Shown here piece after piece: positions 19,210 to 28,120 of a stretch of DNA of 64,000 nucleotides. Source of the DNA: a virus (lineage: Duplodnaviria; Caudoviricetes); IMG/VR virus record IMGVR_UViG_2767802086_000001, positions 12,953 to 76,952 of that record, one strand, 5' to 3'. The notes under the pieces are model-generated. The model did not search any database and was not told the DNA's origin. It worked only from the letters and a program-made list of their open reading frames with translations. Made by a program: the position numbers and the translations under genes. Position 1 is the first letter of the stretch, and every line of letters starts with the position of its first letter.

Positions 19210-19965
19210 TCAACCCGTGCGGCCCAGAACACGCATCGCGTGCTGCTCCGCCGACGACTTCGGCTTCTCCTCCGCCGGCTTCCGATCCGCCGCAGTTGGC
19301 CGGGCCTTCGGCTTCGGCTTCACTGCGGCCTGGAAGAACTCGGGGTACTCGGACCGGATGCGGTCTATCTCCGACTCCAGGCCGACGACGTCGCCGTCCT
19401 CGTCGACGGACAGGCCGTCCATTTCGAGGAGGCGCAGCACACGGTCTGCCGGGCCGCTGACTCCGGCGTCGGAGAGGGCGGCGCGAGCCGCAGCCTTGAC
19501 GAGCGGGGCCCGGAAGCGGGACTCGCCTTCCTCGCGGGCCTCGCGGAGCGCCTTCTCGTGCTCGGTCTCGTTGGTGCGGGTCTTCTCTTCCAGCTCCTTG
19601 GCGCGGAACCTATTGCGCTTGGCGTCCTCGTTGGCCTTCTTCAGCGCCGCCTGCGTTTTGCGCCACTCCGCCTCGGATGGCGGCGTGAACTCCTCGACGG
19701 CCGGGGCCTCGGGCTTGGCGGGCGGCTTCGGCTTCGGCGCCTCGTCCTCAACGTCGCTGTCATCGTCGTCACCGTCGCCGGACGTGTCGTCGCCGTCCTC
19801 GCCGTCCTCGCCGTCGTCACCGCCGGTGTCGTCGCCGTCAGGCGCCCCTCCGGCAATGTTGTACACCGGGCGTCCGGCGACGTAGCCGATGACGGTCTTC
19901 GGCGGCAGGCTGATCCCGGCCGGGCGTGTGGGCAGGGTGTCGGTGAGGTCGGTGTGGTTGTTCAC
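19210..19965 (-). CDS. Scaffolding protein
   Basis: IAGG then acidic tract, coiled coil ALKKANEDAKRNR, YPEFF; start corrected to GTG 19965. Confidence 0.8.
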   Translation of the reverse strand: MNNHTDLTDTLPTRPAGISLPPKTVIGYVAGRPVYNIAGGAPDGDDTGGDDGEDGEDGDDTSGDGDDDDSDVEDEAPKPKPPAKPEAPAVEEFTPPSEAEWRKTQAALKKANEDAKRNRFRAKELEEKTRTNETEHEKALREAREEGESRFRAPLVKAAARAALSDAGVSGPADRVLRLLEMDGLSVDEDGDVVGLESEIDRIRSEYPEFFQAAVKPKPKARPTAADRKPAEEKPKSSAEQHAMRVLGRTG

Positions 19966-20006
19966 GGGTGAGCTCCCATCTCGGGGTTGGTGTGGCCCAT
20001 CACGGG

Positions 20007-21029
20007 CTATGCGGTGGGTACGGATCGGTTGGCGAAGCGGCCGGCTCGCACAGCTGTGGCAGCGAACTCCTCGACGCTCTTGGGGAGTCCGGCGCCGGTG
20101 CGTAGGAGTTCGTGGGCGGCACGGATGCGGGCCGCGTTGGTCTCGGATGGCAGCGACCAGCCGCGGGCTACCGAACGGCGGGCCTCGCGGCGCAGCGTCT
20201 CGGGCAGGGTTGGGACGCCTTCGACGGCCCAAGAGTCTTTCCAGGCGACGACACGGCAACGGCAGTGCGGGTGCAGCGGCGGGGCGGGCAGGTCTACGCC
20301 GCGGCCTCGCTGGGCCGGGTCGAACGACAGCCCGCCGGGGAAGTCGTCGCCGACGTCCACGACGTGCCCGGCGTAGGCGGCGCAGTTGACGCACGCGTCA
20401 CGCTCGGCGATCCACAGCTTGCGGGCGCCCACCGCCCGGATCCCGGCGATCAGTCCTTCGTTGACGGCCTGGTTGACGGCCCACGTCACGTTGGTGCGGA
20501 TGCTGGCCACTGCCCCACGGGCCGTACCGATCGCCGTCGCGACGGCAGACCAGCGGCGGACCCTTGCCGGGCGCAGCGCCGCCAGTGCCCTGTCCCGGCG
20601 TTCGTCGACTGCCGCCGCTACTCGTGCGGTGGCGTTGCGGAGACCGCGGGAGGGGCGGGAGGGGAGCGGATCGTGCCGGCCGCCGCCGACCTGGCGCAGC
20701 CACTCTGAGCCCTGTCGGGCCCCGAGCATCACCGCGTCCGTCAGGGAATCCTCCATGGTCTGCTGCGCGCGGATGCCGACGCCCTGCAGGATCCGGCGGA
20801 TCGCAGCCCGCACGGCTTTGAGGATCCGGCGCAGCAGCGACGGGTTGGCGGCTTCGGCGTCGGGGCTGCCGAACGCCCGCGTCCATGCCACAACGGTGCG
20901 CCGTACCAAGGCGGTGAAGTCCGCGTCGACGCTGCCGGTCGCCTGGGCGATGATGCGATCCTCGAACGCCTCGACGGCGTCGGTGTGGTCATCCTGTACC
21001 AGGCGGGCGAGCCGCTCGTTGCCTGCCAT
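20007..21029 (-). CDS. MuF-like minor head protein
   Basis: W..DACVNC..PPLHPHCRC motif; between portal and scaffold. Confidence 0.8.
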   Translation of the reverse strand: MAGNERLARLVQDDHTDAVEAFEDRIIAQATGSVDADFTALVRRTVVAWTRAFGSPDAEAANPSLLRRILKAVRAAIRRILQGVGIRAQQTMEDSLTDAVMLGARQGSEWLRQVGGGRHDPLPSRPSRGLRNATARVAAAVDERRDRALAALRPARVRRWSAVATAIGTARGAVASIRTNVTWAVNQAVNEGLIAGIRAVGARKLWIAERDACVNCAAYAGHVVDVGDDFPGGLSFDPAQRGRGVDLPAPPLHPHCRCRVVAWKDSWAVEGVPTLPETLRREARRSVARGWSLPSETNAARIRAAHELLRTGAGLPKSVEEFAATAVRAGRFANRSVPTA

Positions 21030-22582
21030 CAGGTGGACGCCTCCACCCCGGCGAGGAGCTCGATGTCGGACAGAGCACCGGACAGCAGCCCCTGGACCTG
21101 CTCAGTTGTAACGACGCCCAGGGCTGCTGCGGCACCGAGTTTCTGGGCGGAGTCGGCGACGGCGGCGAGGATCTGTACGCGTCGGCCGAGTTCGGCATCG
21201 TCGACGCCCTCCAGCCACTCGTCGACCTGCTCCTGCCGGTACCCGGCCTCCAGCAGGACTTGCTTGCGGGGTACGCCGTTCTTGACCTTCTCCGTCGCGG
21301 TCTGCCACCCAGTCTGGTCCTCGACGGTGGCGGCAGGTACCCAGCGGACGTCGACGGTGGCGTCGTCGTGGCCGAGGAGCTTAAGGGCGAAGGTGAACAC
21401 CTCGCGCCACGTGGCCCCGAACGACATCTGCCGGTTGCGGATCTTCTTGACGAACGGAGCTTCCTTTGCCCGGATGCTCTCACCCGACGGCACTTCGCCC
21501 TGGGGGTCGAACAGGTGCAGGGGTGTGGTGGTGATCTGTGCCATCGCCCGAACCTCGAACATGATCGGGTCCAGGAACACGCTGGGATTCGCCGCTTCGA
21601 ACTGACCGACGTTCTTGTAGCCGCGCAGCAGCCACACTTCCCCTGGCCCAGCCTTCAGGGCGCTGTCGTCACCGGTGTCGGTCGCGCCCGCGCTGGCCTC
21701 GTCGGTCGGGAAATCATCGAAGTCCCCCGGCTCCAGGTCGCTGGTGTCCGTGGTCGCCGCGTCCGTGAGGGCATACCGCTGCGGGAACCCCTGGAAATCC
21801 ACGGTCCCCATGTGGGTGATGCTGAGCTTGTTGATGGCGTTCTGCGGCCCGTAGGCGCCACGATGCTCGGGCCTGCCGTAGGGGCGGGACGTGCGGAAGT
21901 GAAACGCCGGCGGCCGACCGTAGTCGTGCTCGATGACCCACGAGTCCTCCCCGCCGGCCTCGGGGTCCTCCGGGTCTTCGGCGGTCAGCCAGTGATGCCA
22001 GTCCCCCTTTTCCGTCCCCTTCGAGCCGGGCATCGTGGTCCAGCGTTCGGTCCGGTCGTCGTAGAGGAGTTCCGCCCGCTGGACTTCGCCAAGGCTGGTC
22101 TTCTCGCACCACCGCTTAATGACGTATTCGATCTCGCGGGGGTTCTCGGCGGAGTAGATCGCCCTCACGGTCTGCGGCGAGTTGTAGTGCATCTCGACGC
22201 CGGTGACAGTGCCGTGCTCGTCTTCGATGGGGAGGACGATCAGGTAGGCGTCGCCGAGGGTGCAGGCGTGGCAGTGGATGTCGGGGGCTTCGAGGTCCAT
22301 GCCGTTGTCGGCCCACAGCTTGGAGATGAGCTCGGTTTGCTCGTCCTTGGTGCCGGTGATTGCGGCGATCTCCAGGCGGTCGACGATCGCATCGACGGGC
22401 GTTTTCGCGAAGTTCAAGCGGAAGTCGACGCCGGTGTCTTCGAGGGCGCGACGCAGTCGGGCAGACGCGAAGATCTCGGGGACGTCGCCGTCGTAGTACT
22501 GCTGCGCCGTCCGGTAGTCCGGGCGCGCGTCGTCGAGCTCCTCTATGCCTTGCATCAGGTCACTCGACGCCACAATCGCCAC
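21029..22582 (-). CDS. Portal protein (SPP1 gp6-like)
   Basis: YYDG, NFAKTPVD, FPQRY, PSGESIR, VDVRW; follows terminase. Confidence 0.9.
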   Translation of the reverse strand: MAIVASSDLMQGIEELDDARPDYRTAQQYYDGDVPEIFASARLRRALEDTGVDFRLNFAKTPVDAIVDRLEIAAITGTKDEQTELISKLWADNGMDLEAPDIHCHACTLGDAYLIVLPIEDEHGTVTGVEMHYNSPQTVRAIYSAENPREIEYVIKRWCEKTSLGEVQRAELLYDDRTERWTTMPGSKGTEKGDWHHWLTAEDPEDPEAGGEDSWVIEHDYGRPPAFHFRTSRPYGRPEHRGAYGPQNAINKLSITHMGTVDFQGFPQRYALTDAATTDTSDLEPGDFDDFPTDEASAGATDTGDDSALKAGPGEVWLLRGYKNVGQFEAANPSVFLDPIMFEVRAMAQITTTPLHLFDPQGEVPSGESIRAKEAPFVKKIRNRQMSFGATWREVFTFALKLLGHDDATVDVRWVPAATVEDQTGWQTATEKVKNGVPRKQVLLEAGYRQEQVDEWLEGVDDAELGRRVQILAAVADSAQKLGAAAALGVVTTEQVQGLLSGALSDIELLAGVEAST

Positions 22583-22595
22583 CCTTCATTCAGGT

Positions 22596-22626
22596 CAGCA
22601 TAACGCCACACCTTTGAATCAAAGGT
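22596..22626 (-). promoter_or_regulatory. Putative late promoter box upstream of portal
   Basis: GATTCAAAGGTG-N6-TATGCTG within palindrome ACCTTTGAATCAAAGGT. Confidence 0.5.
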
Positions 22627-24166
22627 AGCTTGCGCTGCTGGCCTTAGAAATCTCCCTCGCCTTGTTCGGGATGAACCGTCGGATCGCGCTCCCCACGGCA
22701 TCGACCATGTCGTCGTGCGGCGCCTTCGGAAACGCGCACATCTGCTGCTCCAACTCGACCAGCCGACGAGCATGGATCACCCGGCCGCGCTGGTAGTGGT
22801 TCAACACCCCTTCGGCCCGAACGAACTTGGGCTCGGACTGATTGACGGTCTTCACCTTCACTGGCATGTGGTGGAACACGGACTGCCAGACGTCCTGACC
22901 TTGGTTGATCTCCAGGAGGATCAGCCCGATCTGCGGCCATTCGTCGAGCAACGCGAGCACACGCTCTCGCATGTGGACACCGGGCGGAACCTTGACAGCC
23001 AGGGCGGCGTGCACGGTGCAGCGTCGGGTCTGGGCCGACCACGACACGACCGCAAGGCCCGTGTAGTCGGATCCCTTCTTCGCGGTAACCGCCGGGTCGA
23101 TGCTGAGCATCATGTGCGTGATCGGGTCCGGGCCCTCCTCACCGGGATACCGGAAGTCCTCCGGGACCCACAAGTCGCCGTCCGCGCCCATCGGATCGTT
23201 CGACATGTTCTTCGCGAACGACCTGGTGTGCTCAATGCTCTTGAGGTACGCGAGCGGCCACTTGGCGGGCCAGACACTGCGCTCGGTCCCGTCGTCGCGC
23301 TGGACGATTGGCGGGGTGTAGTGGGCGCGGAACCCTTCCTCGCTGATCCACTCTGCGGTCTCGACGCCGCGGGCGTGCTTCGTTAGCTGGTGGACGATGC
23401 TGCCGGGCATGGTGACGGTCCCGGAGATGACGACCCGGGCGTAGACGTTGAGGGGCAGGATTGAGTCGATGAGGGTGGTGCGCCGCTTGCTGGCCTGGTC
23501 AGCCGAGTAGCTGGACTCATCGGGCTCGATGTCGTCGCACAGGATGAGGTCCGGGCGCTGCTCCCCCACCTTCATGCCGAGGTTGGAGCTGTCGATACCT
23601 CGGGCCGCGAACACGAACCCGGACTTGGCGACGTACATCGACTGAGTGTCGGCGACGTTCGCACCGGACGGGCGACGGGCCGGGGTGCACAGGTCCGGGA
23701 AGTCCTGGCGCAGGAGTTCGTTGGTGTCGATCTCCCGCTTGAACGACCCCAGATGCGTCTCCGCCTGGCCGGCTGAGGATGCGAAGGCTGCGGCAAACCG
23801 GACGTGACCGTGGGCGGCGGCCCACATCGGCAGGATGAGGAACCACCAGGTCGACTTCCCCATGTTGCGAGGGGCGATGTAGGCGTCACGCTCCTCGGAC
23901 GGTCCGCCGACCGGGCGCACCCATGGGCGTGCGGCCCGGCACCAGTCGAGGTGGGCATCCCCAAACGTGATCACTCCTTCGCTGTCCCGCAGATGATGCC
24001 GGACGTAGACCAGGGCGAACAGCAGCGGGTCGAGGCGCGTGAGGGTGCGTCGCCCTTCGGCGTTCCCGAGGAGCCGCGGGTCGAACTGGGCGAGGTAGGC
24101 GCCGAGGTCGAACCGCTCCGCGTCCAGGCCGTGCAGGTAGCTCCGGGTGAACGTCGCGGTCGTCAC
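22619..24166 (-). CDS. Terminase large subunit
   Basis: APRNMGKS Walker A, RPDLILCDDIE Walker B, SIDPA and HDDMVDA nuclease motifs. Confidence 0.93.
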   Translation of the reverse strand: MTTATFTRSYLHGLDAERFDLGAYLAQFDPRLLGNAEGRRTLTRLDPLLFALVYVRHHLRDSEGVITFGDAHLDWCRAARPWVRPVGGPSEERDAYIAPRNMGKSTWWFLILPMWAAAHGHVRFAAAFASSAGQAETHLGSFKREIDTNELLRQDFPDLCTPARRPSGANVADTQSMYVAKSGFVFAARGIDSSNLGMKVGEQRPDLILCDDIEPDESSYSADQASKRRTTLIDSILPLNVYARVVISGTVTMPGSIVHQLTKHARGVETAEWISEEGFRAHYTPPIVQRDDGTERSVWPAKWPLAYLKSIEHTRSFAKNMSNDPMGADGDLWVPEDFRYPGEEGPDPITHMMLSIDPAVTAKKGSDYTGLAVVSWSAQTRRCTVHAALAVKVPPGVHMRERVLALLDEWPQIGLILLEINQGQDVWQSVFHHMPVKVKTVNQSEPKFVRAEGVLNHYQRGRVIHARRLVELEQQMCAFPKAPHDDMVDAVGSAIRRFIPNKAREISKASSASYL

Positions 24167-24720
24167 GCTCGACCCTCGCCGGCCTCACCGGCGACGATCG
24201 CGGCCTCCTCAAGGGCAGTCTTGGCTCGGGCCTCGCGGATCATCTCCTGCAGTTCCACGTCCTGCTGGGTGACCTCGGTGACCTGCGCTTCGATCTTCGT
24301 CGTGGCGATGCCGAGGAGCTTGTTCTGCGCCTCGACAGTTCTGGTGACACCAGTGAGGGCGCGATCGACGGCGAGGGCGGCCGGCACCTCTGGGCCCTTT
24401 TCACCGTCGCCCATGGCTCGGTCCCAATGGGCGTTGCGAAGGGCAAGGTGGTCGCGAAGGACACCTTCGAGGCGGTCGAGTTGAAGCTGCCGCCAGGCAT
24501 CGACTCGGGGGTCGACTCGGCGGGCGGCTTCCTCGTAGACGAGCTCCTTGGCGGTGGTGGTGCTGATGCGGTGGCCGTCGGTCGGCCCGTCGGGAGCTTG
24601 GGTGAGGACGTCGATCTGCCGGTAGGTGAGGCCCTGGAGCTTGAGGTCGAAGACGATGGCGGCACGCTCGGCGCGGACGGCGGGGTCGAGCTTGCGGTGC
24701 GGTGCGGGCCCTGCTGCCAT
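24163..24720 (-). CDS. Terminase small subunit
   Basis: N-terminal HTH (GLTYRQI), KLLGI; overlaps terL start. Confidence 0.75.
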   Translation of the reverse strand: MAAGPAPHRKLDPAVRAERAAIVFDLKLQGLTYRQIDVLTQAPDGPTDGHRISTTTAKELVYEEAARRVDPRVDAWRQLQLDRLEGVLRDHLALRNAHWDRAMGDGEKGPEVPAALAVDRALTGVTRTVEAQNKLLGIATTKIEAQVTEVTQQDVELQEMIREARAKTALEEAAIVAGEAGEGRA

Positions 24721-24752
24721 ACCAACCACTCCCCTGACCAATGATCCTTTAG

Positions 24753-24784
24753 CAGAATACCGCTATCACCTTAGAATCCTAGGT
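24753..24784 (-). promoter_or_regulatory. Putative late promoter box upstream of terS
   Basis: GATTCTAAGGTG-N7-TATTCTG, near-copy upstream of portal. Confidence 0.5.
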
Positions 24785-24837
24785 TACCGGGCAGGCTTAG
24801 TGTGCAATCCTCCCTCCCGTCGAGCTTGGAGGCAGAC

Positions 24838-25026
24838 ATGGTCAGCGCACGCGGAGGCCGATGGGGCTTCGTCTACCCCAGCCGCCAGGACGTCTATCGG
24901 GCTCTGCGCCGCGACGGCGCCAGCAAGTCGAAAGCCGCCCGCATCTCCAACGCGGGCCGCTCCTTCTCTGCCCGTTCCCGCATGGCCCGCAAAGCTGCAC
25001 GCACCAGGCGGCGCCGCGGTCAGTAG
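24838..25026 (+). CDS. Small very basic protein (moron)
   Basis: GGAGG RBS; YRALRRDGASKSKAARISN; own terminator. Confidence 0.75.
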   Translation: MVSARGGRWGFVYPSRQDVYRALRRDGASKSKAARISNAGRSFSARSRMARKAARTRRRRGQ

Positions 25027-25046
25027 CCCGCTCCGCGACACGCAAA

Positions 25047-25075
25047 GGGCCCGCCCTGTGGATCAGGGCGGGCCC
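25047..25075. terminator. Hairpin terminator between convergent genes
   Basis: GGGCCCGCCCTG-tggat-CAGGGCGGGCCC, UUU after stem on minus strand. Confidence 0.7.
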
Positions 25076-25087
25076 GGCTGGTCGAGG

Positions 25088-25201
25088 TCACGCGTCGTCA
25101 TCTTCGGTCTCGTACTCCCGCTCCCAGTAGTCGCGGTCCGCGCGTGCGGCCTGGGCGGGGGTTTCCTCCCATGGCGGGAGCGGAGCCGGCGGGGCGGTCA
25201 C
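25088..25201 (-). CDS. Small hypothetical protein
   Basis: GTGA overlap with upstream gene. Confidence 0.45.
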   Translation of the reverse strand: MTAPPAPLPPWEETPAQAARADRDYWEREYETEDDDA

Positions 25202-25557
25202 GGAGTTGCCTTCGGCTCGACGACTCCGAGGAGCGGACCTTTGAGGTCGTCGGCGAACACGAACTTCTTGCCATCCTCGTTCGTCCATACGCGGGCCATC
25301 GCGGCGTCGTGGAGGCGCTTCTCCAACTCGGCGACCCTGGTCTCGGCGCGCATCAGGTCTTCGGTTCGAGCCGCGAGAGCGGAGCCCAGGCCGCTTCCGA
25401 CCGAGACCACCCGCTTGTTCGCGGCCTCAAGTTCCGCGATCCGCCTCTTCAGCGCAGCCGTGTCGTAGATGTATGCGCGCTCCACCTCGTCGAGTCGCGC
25501 CTGCAACCTGGAGACCACTTCGGCGGGAGACTGGGCGGGCTGGTTCGGAATCGTCAT
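25198..25557 (-). CDS. Coiled-coil hypothetical protein
   Basis: RIAELEA / RVAELE repeats; start corrected to ATG 25557. Confidence 0.65.
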   Translation of the reverse strand: MTIPNQPAQSPAEVVSRLQARLDEVERAYIYDTAALKRRIAELEAANKRVVSVGSGLGSALAARTEDLMRAETRVAELEKRLHDAAMARVWTNEDGKKFVFADDLKGPLLGVVEPKATP

Positions 25558-25703
25558 CAGGGTCCTTCCGGGGCTGGGTTGATGCTGGTGCTGACTACCG
25601 GGCGCGGCCGTGGTTCGGGTGCCTCGACGTGGTACGGGGCGAGTGCGCACCACGCGGCGAGGACCGACAGGAGCAGGCACAGGCCGCTCGTGTGGGGCTT
25701 CAT
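25557..25703 (-). CDS. Small membrane/secreted peptide
   Basis: AAGGAG RBS; hydrophobic N-terminus. Confidence 0.5.
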   Translation of the reverse strand: MKPHTSGLCLLLSVLAAWCALAPYHVEAPEPRPRPVVSTSINPAPEGP

Positions 25704-25713
25704 CGCAGGCTCC

Positions 25714-25989
25714 TTATCGGTTGAGGCCGGGCAGGTCGGCCCAGCTATGGACGAGTCGCGGGTTGTGGGCGGCGAGCAGCTTGTTGGCCGTGGCCAGCCG
25801 GGTATGCAGTGCGCTGGCGGCTTCGAAGCGCACGCCTTGGGGGCAGACAGCGAGGACGCGACCGGCGAGAAGCCGGCCCGCCAGTCCCGCCTCGGCGATG
25901 GCGTCACGCACCTTGGGCGGGAGGCTGCTGGCGGACAGGGCGGCGACCGCATCCGGGACGGGGACCGCGGTGCGCGGGAAGGTGATCAC
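25714..25989 (-). CDS. Hypothetical protein
   Basis: GGAGG RBS, GTG start. Confidence 0.6.
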   Translation of the reverse strand: MITFPRTAVPVPDAVAALSASSLPPKVRDAIAEAGLAGRLLAGRVLAVCPQGVRFEAASALHTRLATANKLLAAHNPRLVHSWADLPGLNR

Positions 25990-26000
25990 GGGGTGGCCTC

Positions 26001-26401
26001 CTAGTACCAGTGGCCTGCGTCGTTACGGCGGCGGACGTACATCTCGGAGTGCGTCCTCGTAGTGAGGTCGCTCTTCGGCAGCGGGCACCGGACTACGGCG
26101 CCCGCTCGCTCGGTGGCGATGACCTCACCGGGACCCGTGCACGTGACGTGCTGAACGCTGATCTGGTCACCTACGCGGAGACCGAGGAAGTCGGGCACTG
26201 GCGTCGAGGCGATGTTCCGCCGCCACCAGCCCACGCCTTCGGGGCGGTCGGGCTGGCAGGCATCGGCTCAAACAGATCGCCGGGCCGGTAGTCGTACACG
26301 TACCGGTCGTCCACCGCGTATGCGGTGAGAGCCAGGGTGGGGCTGTAGAGGTGCCCCCGGTCGAAGGCAGCCGGAACGCTGGAGATCGGGTAGTCGGGCA
26401 C
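26001..26401 (-). pseudogene. Hypothetical gene apparently split by a frameshift near 26265
   Basis: RBS-led ORF 26401 loses coding character where overlapping ORF ending 26001 (no clear RBS) takes over. Confidence 0.4.
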
Positions 26402-26449
26402 GGCGGGTCCTCCGGGGGTGAGCTGGGCGGCGACTGCGTTGAAGTTGGT

Positions 26450-26833
26450 CTATGCGCACCTCGCGAAGTCCGCGGCAACGAGGTGACGGGTGGCCTTGTA
26501 GGTGCTGAGCGCGACGTACAAAGCGGGGTCGGTGGGGCCGTAGACGTGGACATGGATCCACTTGCCGGTCGTCCGGTGCTGCGCCCAGACCTTGGCGGCG
26601 TCGGCGCCGAGGTGTGCGGCCCGGTAGGCCTTGGCGGTATGCCGGCCGAACCAGCTGCGGTGCCCGTCCTTCAGGTCGTCGGCGCCAAGGCGGTCGAGGA
26701 GGTCTCCGGTGCGGATGAGGTCGCCCTGCTCGACGGCGGCGGCGATGAGGCCGGAGCGGCACCGGTAGGCGAGGGCCTTCGTGGTCGTGCGGGCCGCGGT
26801 GTGGATCCGGCGGAGCTGGGCGGTGACGCGCAT
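26450..26833 (-). CDS. Antirepressor C-terminal-domain-like DNA-binding protein
   Basis: SWFGRHTAKAYRAAH..K..VHVYGPTD resembles actinophage antirepressor C-termini. Confidence 0.55.
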   Translation of the reverse strand: MRVTAQLRRIHTAARTTTKALAYRCRSGLIAAAVEQGDLIRTGDLLDRLGADDLKDGHRSWFGRHTAKAYRAAHLGADAAKVWAQHRTTGKWIHVHVYGPTDPALYVALSTYKATRHLVAADFARCA

Positions 26834-26876
26834 TGGTACCCCTCGACGTGGTGGCGCTTGGCGATGACTCCATCAT

Positions 26877-26946
26877 GTAGCCCTATGCGTAGCCCTGTCA
26901 ATAGGGCTACGCATAGGGCTTATGGTTGGCCTTACCGTAGGGCTAC
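26877..26946. promoter_or_regulatory. Operator: perfect 18-bp inverted repeat with five AGGGCT(AC) boxes
   Basis: AGCCCTATGCGTAGCCCT-gtcaat-AGGGCTACGCATAGGGCT at 26879-26920; TTGACA on minus strand at centre. Confidence 0.75.
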
Positions 26947-26966
26947 AGTTGTGCCAAAATGAAGGC

Positions 26967-27233
26967 ATGGCCACCGACTACGAACCCAGCCCAGACGCAG
27001 CCGCCGTCTTCGCGGAATACAGGGAGCACTACGAAGGCGAGCGCGACCTCAAGCCCAAGATGCGCGAGCACGCCGCCCTGGAACTCAAGGCCGGCGCCAC
27101 GGTCGGCCAGCTCGCAAAAGCCACCGGCCTCACCCCCGAGGTCTTCCGCCGCATGGCCCGCGACCTCGGCGTCGAACGTCGCCGCCCGCCAACTGTCGGC
27201 AAGCTCAAGCCCGACTCGGGGAGCAGCGCATGA
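26967..27233 (+). CDS. Small HTH regulator
   Basis: GATVGQLAKATGLTPEVFRRMAR; divergent from operator. Confidence 0.75.
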   Translation: MATDYEPSPDAAAVFAEYREHYEGERDLKPKMREHAALELKAGATVGQLAKATGLTPEVFRRMARDLGVERRRPPTVGKLKPDSGSSA

Positions 27234-27610
27234 CCGACGACCTGGTGCAGTTCCTCCGCGACCGCCTCGACGAAGACGAGCTGACTGCAAAGGCTGCCGA
27301 TCCCGGCCTGGGCAACCTCCTCAGCCAGGTTGAGTACCTCGACGATGAGGTACAGGCAGATGAACGCCACATCGCCCGCCATGACCCGGCCCGCGTCCTG
27401 CGCGAGGTCGACGCCAAGCGGGGGATGATCGAGATCCACACGGTCGTCGGCGGCTTCGAGGACGAGGACATGACCGATCTCGGGCTGGGATGCAGCGAGT
27501 GCGGTTACTCGGCCGAGTACAGCGACCAAGGCGGCTGGTGCGACACGGTCAGACTGCTCGCCGTGCCCTACGCCGACCACGCGGACTATCAGCAGGAGTG
27601 GACGCCATGA
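27230..27610 (+). CDS. DUF6221-family protein
   Basis: FLRDRLDEDE, HIARHDPARVLREVDAKR, LLAVPYADHADYQQEW. Confidence 0.8.
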   Translation: MTDDLVQFLRDRLDEDELTAKAADPGLGNLLSQVEYLDDEVQADERHIARHDPARVLREVDAKRGMIEIHTVVGGFEDEDMTDLGLGCSECGYSAEYSDQGGWCDTVRLLAVPYADHADYQQEWTP

Positions 27611-27864
27611 CCGACGACATCGACGCCACAATCACCGCCGTGCTGATGCGCGCGCAGCAAGCCCGGGGCTTCGCCGAGTACTTCAAGGTCGGTGACCTTG
27701 TTCGCTTTCCGCTCGGCGTGCAGTGGAATCGTGAGCGCGACTACCGAATCCACAAGATCTACAACAACGGCTTCGAGGTGGAATCCAACGGACACATTCA
27801 GAGCCACACGGACGAGGCCGCCCATCGTCTCGGGATGACGCACTCGCCGAATCAGGTGGACTGA
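27607..27864 (+). CDS. Hypothetical protein (SH3/KOW-like)
   Basis: ATGA overlap; FKVGDLVRF. Confidence 0.6.
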   Translation: MTDDIDATITAVLMRAQQARGFAEYFKVGDLVRFPLGVQWNRERDYRIHKIYNNGFEVESNGHIQSHTDEAAHRLGMTHSPNQVD

Positions 27865-27922
27865 ACGGCCAACCTGCCCGATTCCTCCCCCTCCGCGCCC
27901 CTGCACCAGCCAGACTGCCGGT

Positions 27923-28102
27923 ATGGGGGCGCGATTTGTTGTCCTGGGCGAGACCGAGGCGGAGTGCGCCGACGGTCTGGCCGAGCTGTGCGAGCAGCTG
28001 GGTGCGGTGCCGACGACCAGGCCATGCCAGGCGACGGGCGGCCGGTGGATTGCCCGCGCCGTACCCAAGACGAAAGCCCCGGTCGAGGAAGGCCGGGGCT
28101 GA
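27923..28102 (+). CDS. Small hypothetical protein (59 aa)
   Basis: Not in track; MGARFVVLGETEAECADGLAELC..GRWIARAVP; good codon bias. Confidence 0.5.
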   Translation: MGARFVVLGETEAECADGLAELCEQLGAVPTTRPCQATGGRWIARAVPKTKAPVEEGRG

Positions 28103-28120
28103 TCGTCGCGGACGGGTCGC

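Noticed and set aside
19740-19840. GTCGCCGTCCTC-type tandem repeats
   Set aside because: Codon-level repeats of the acidic Asp/Gly tract in the scaffold protein
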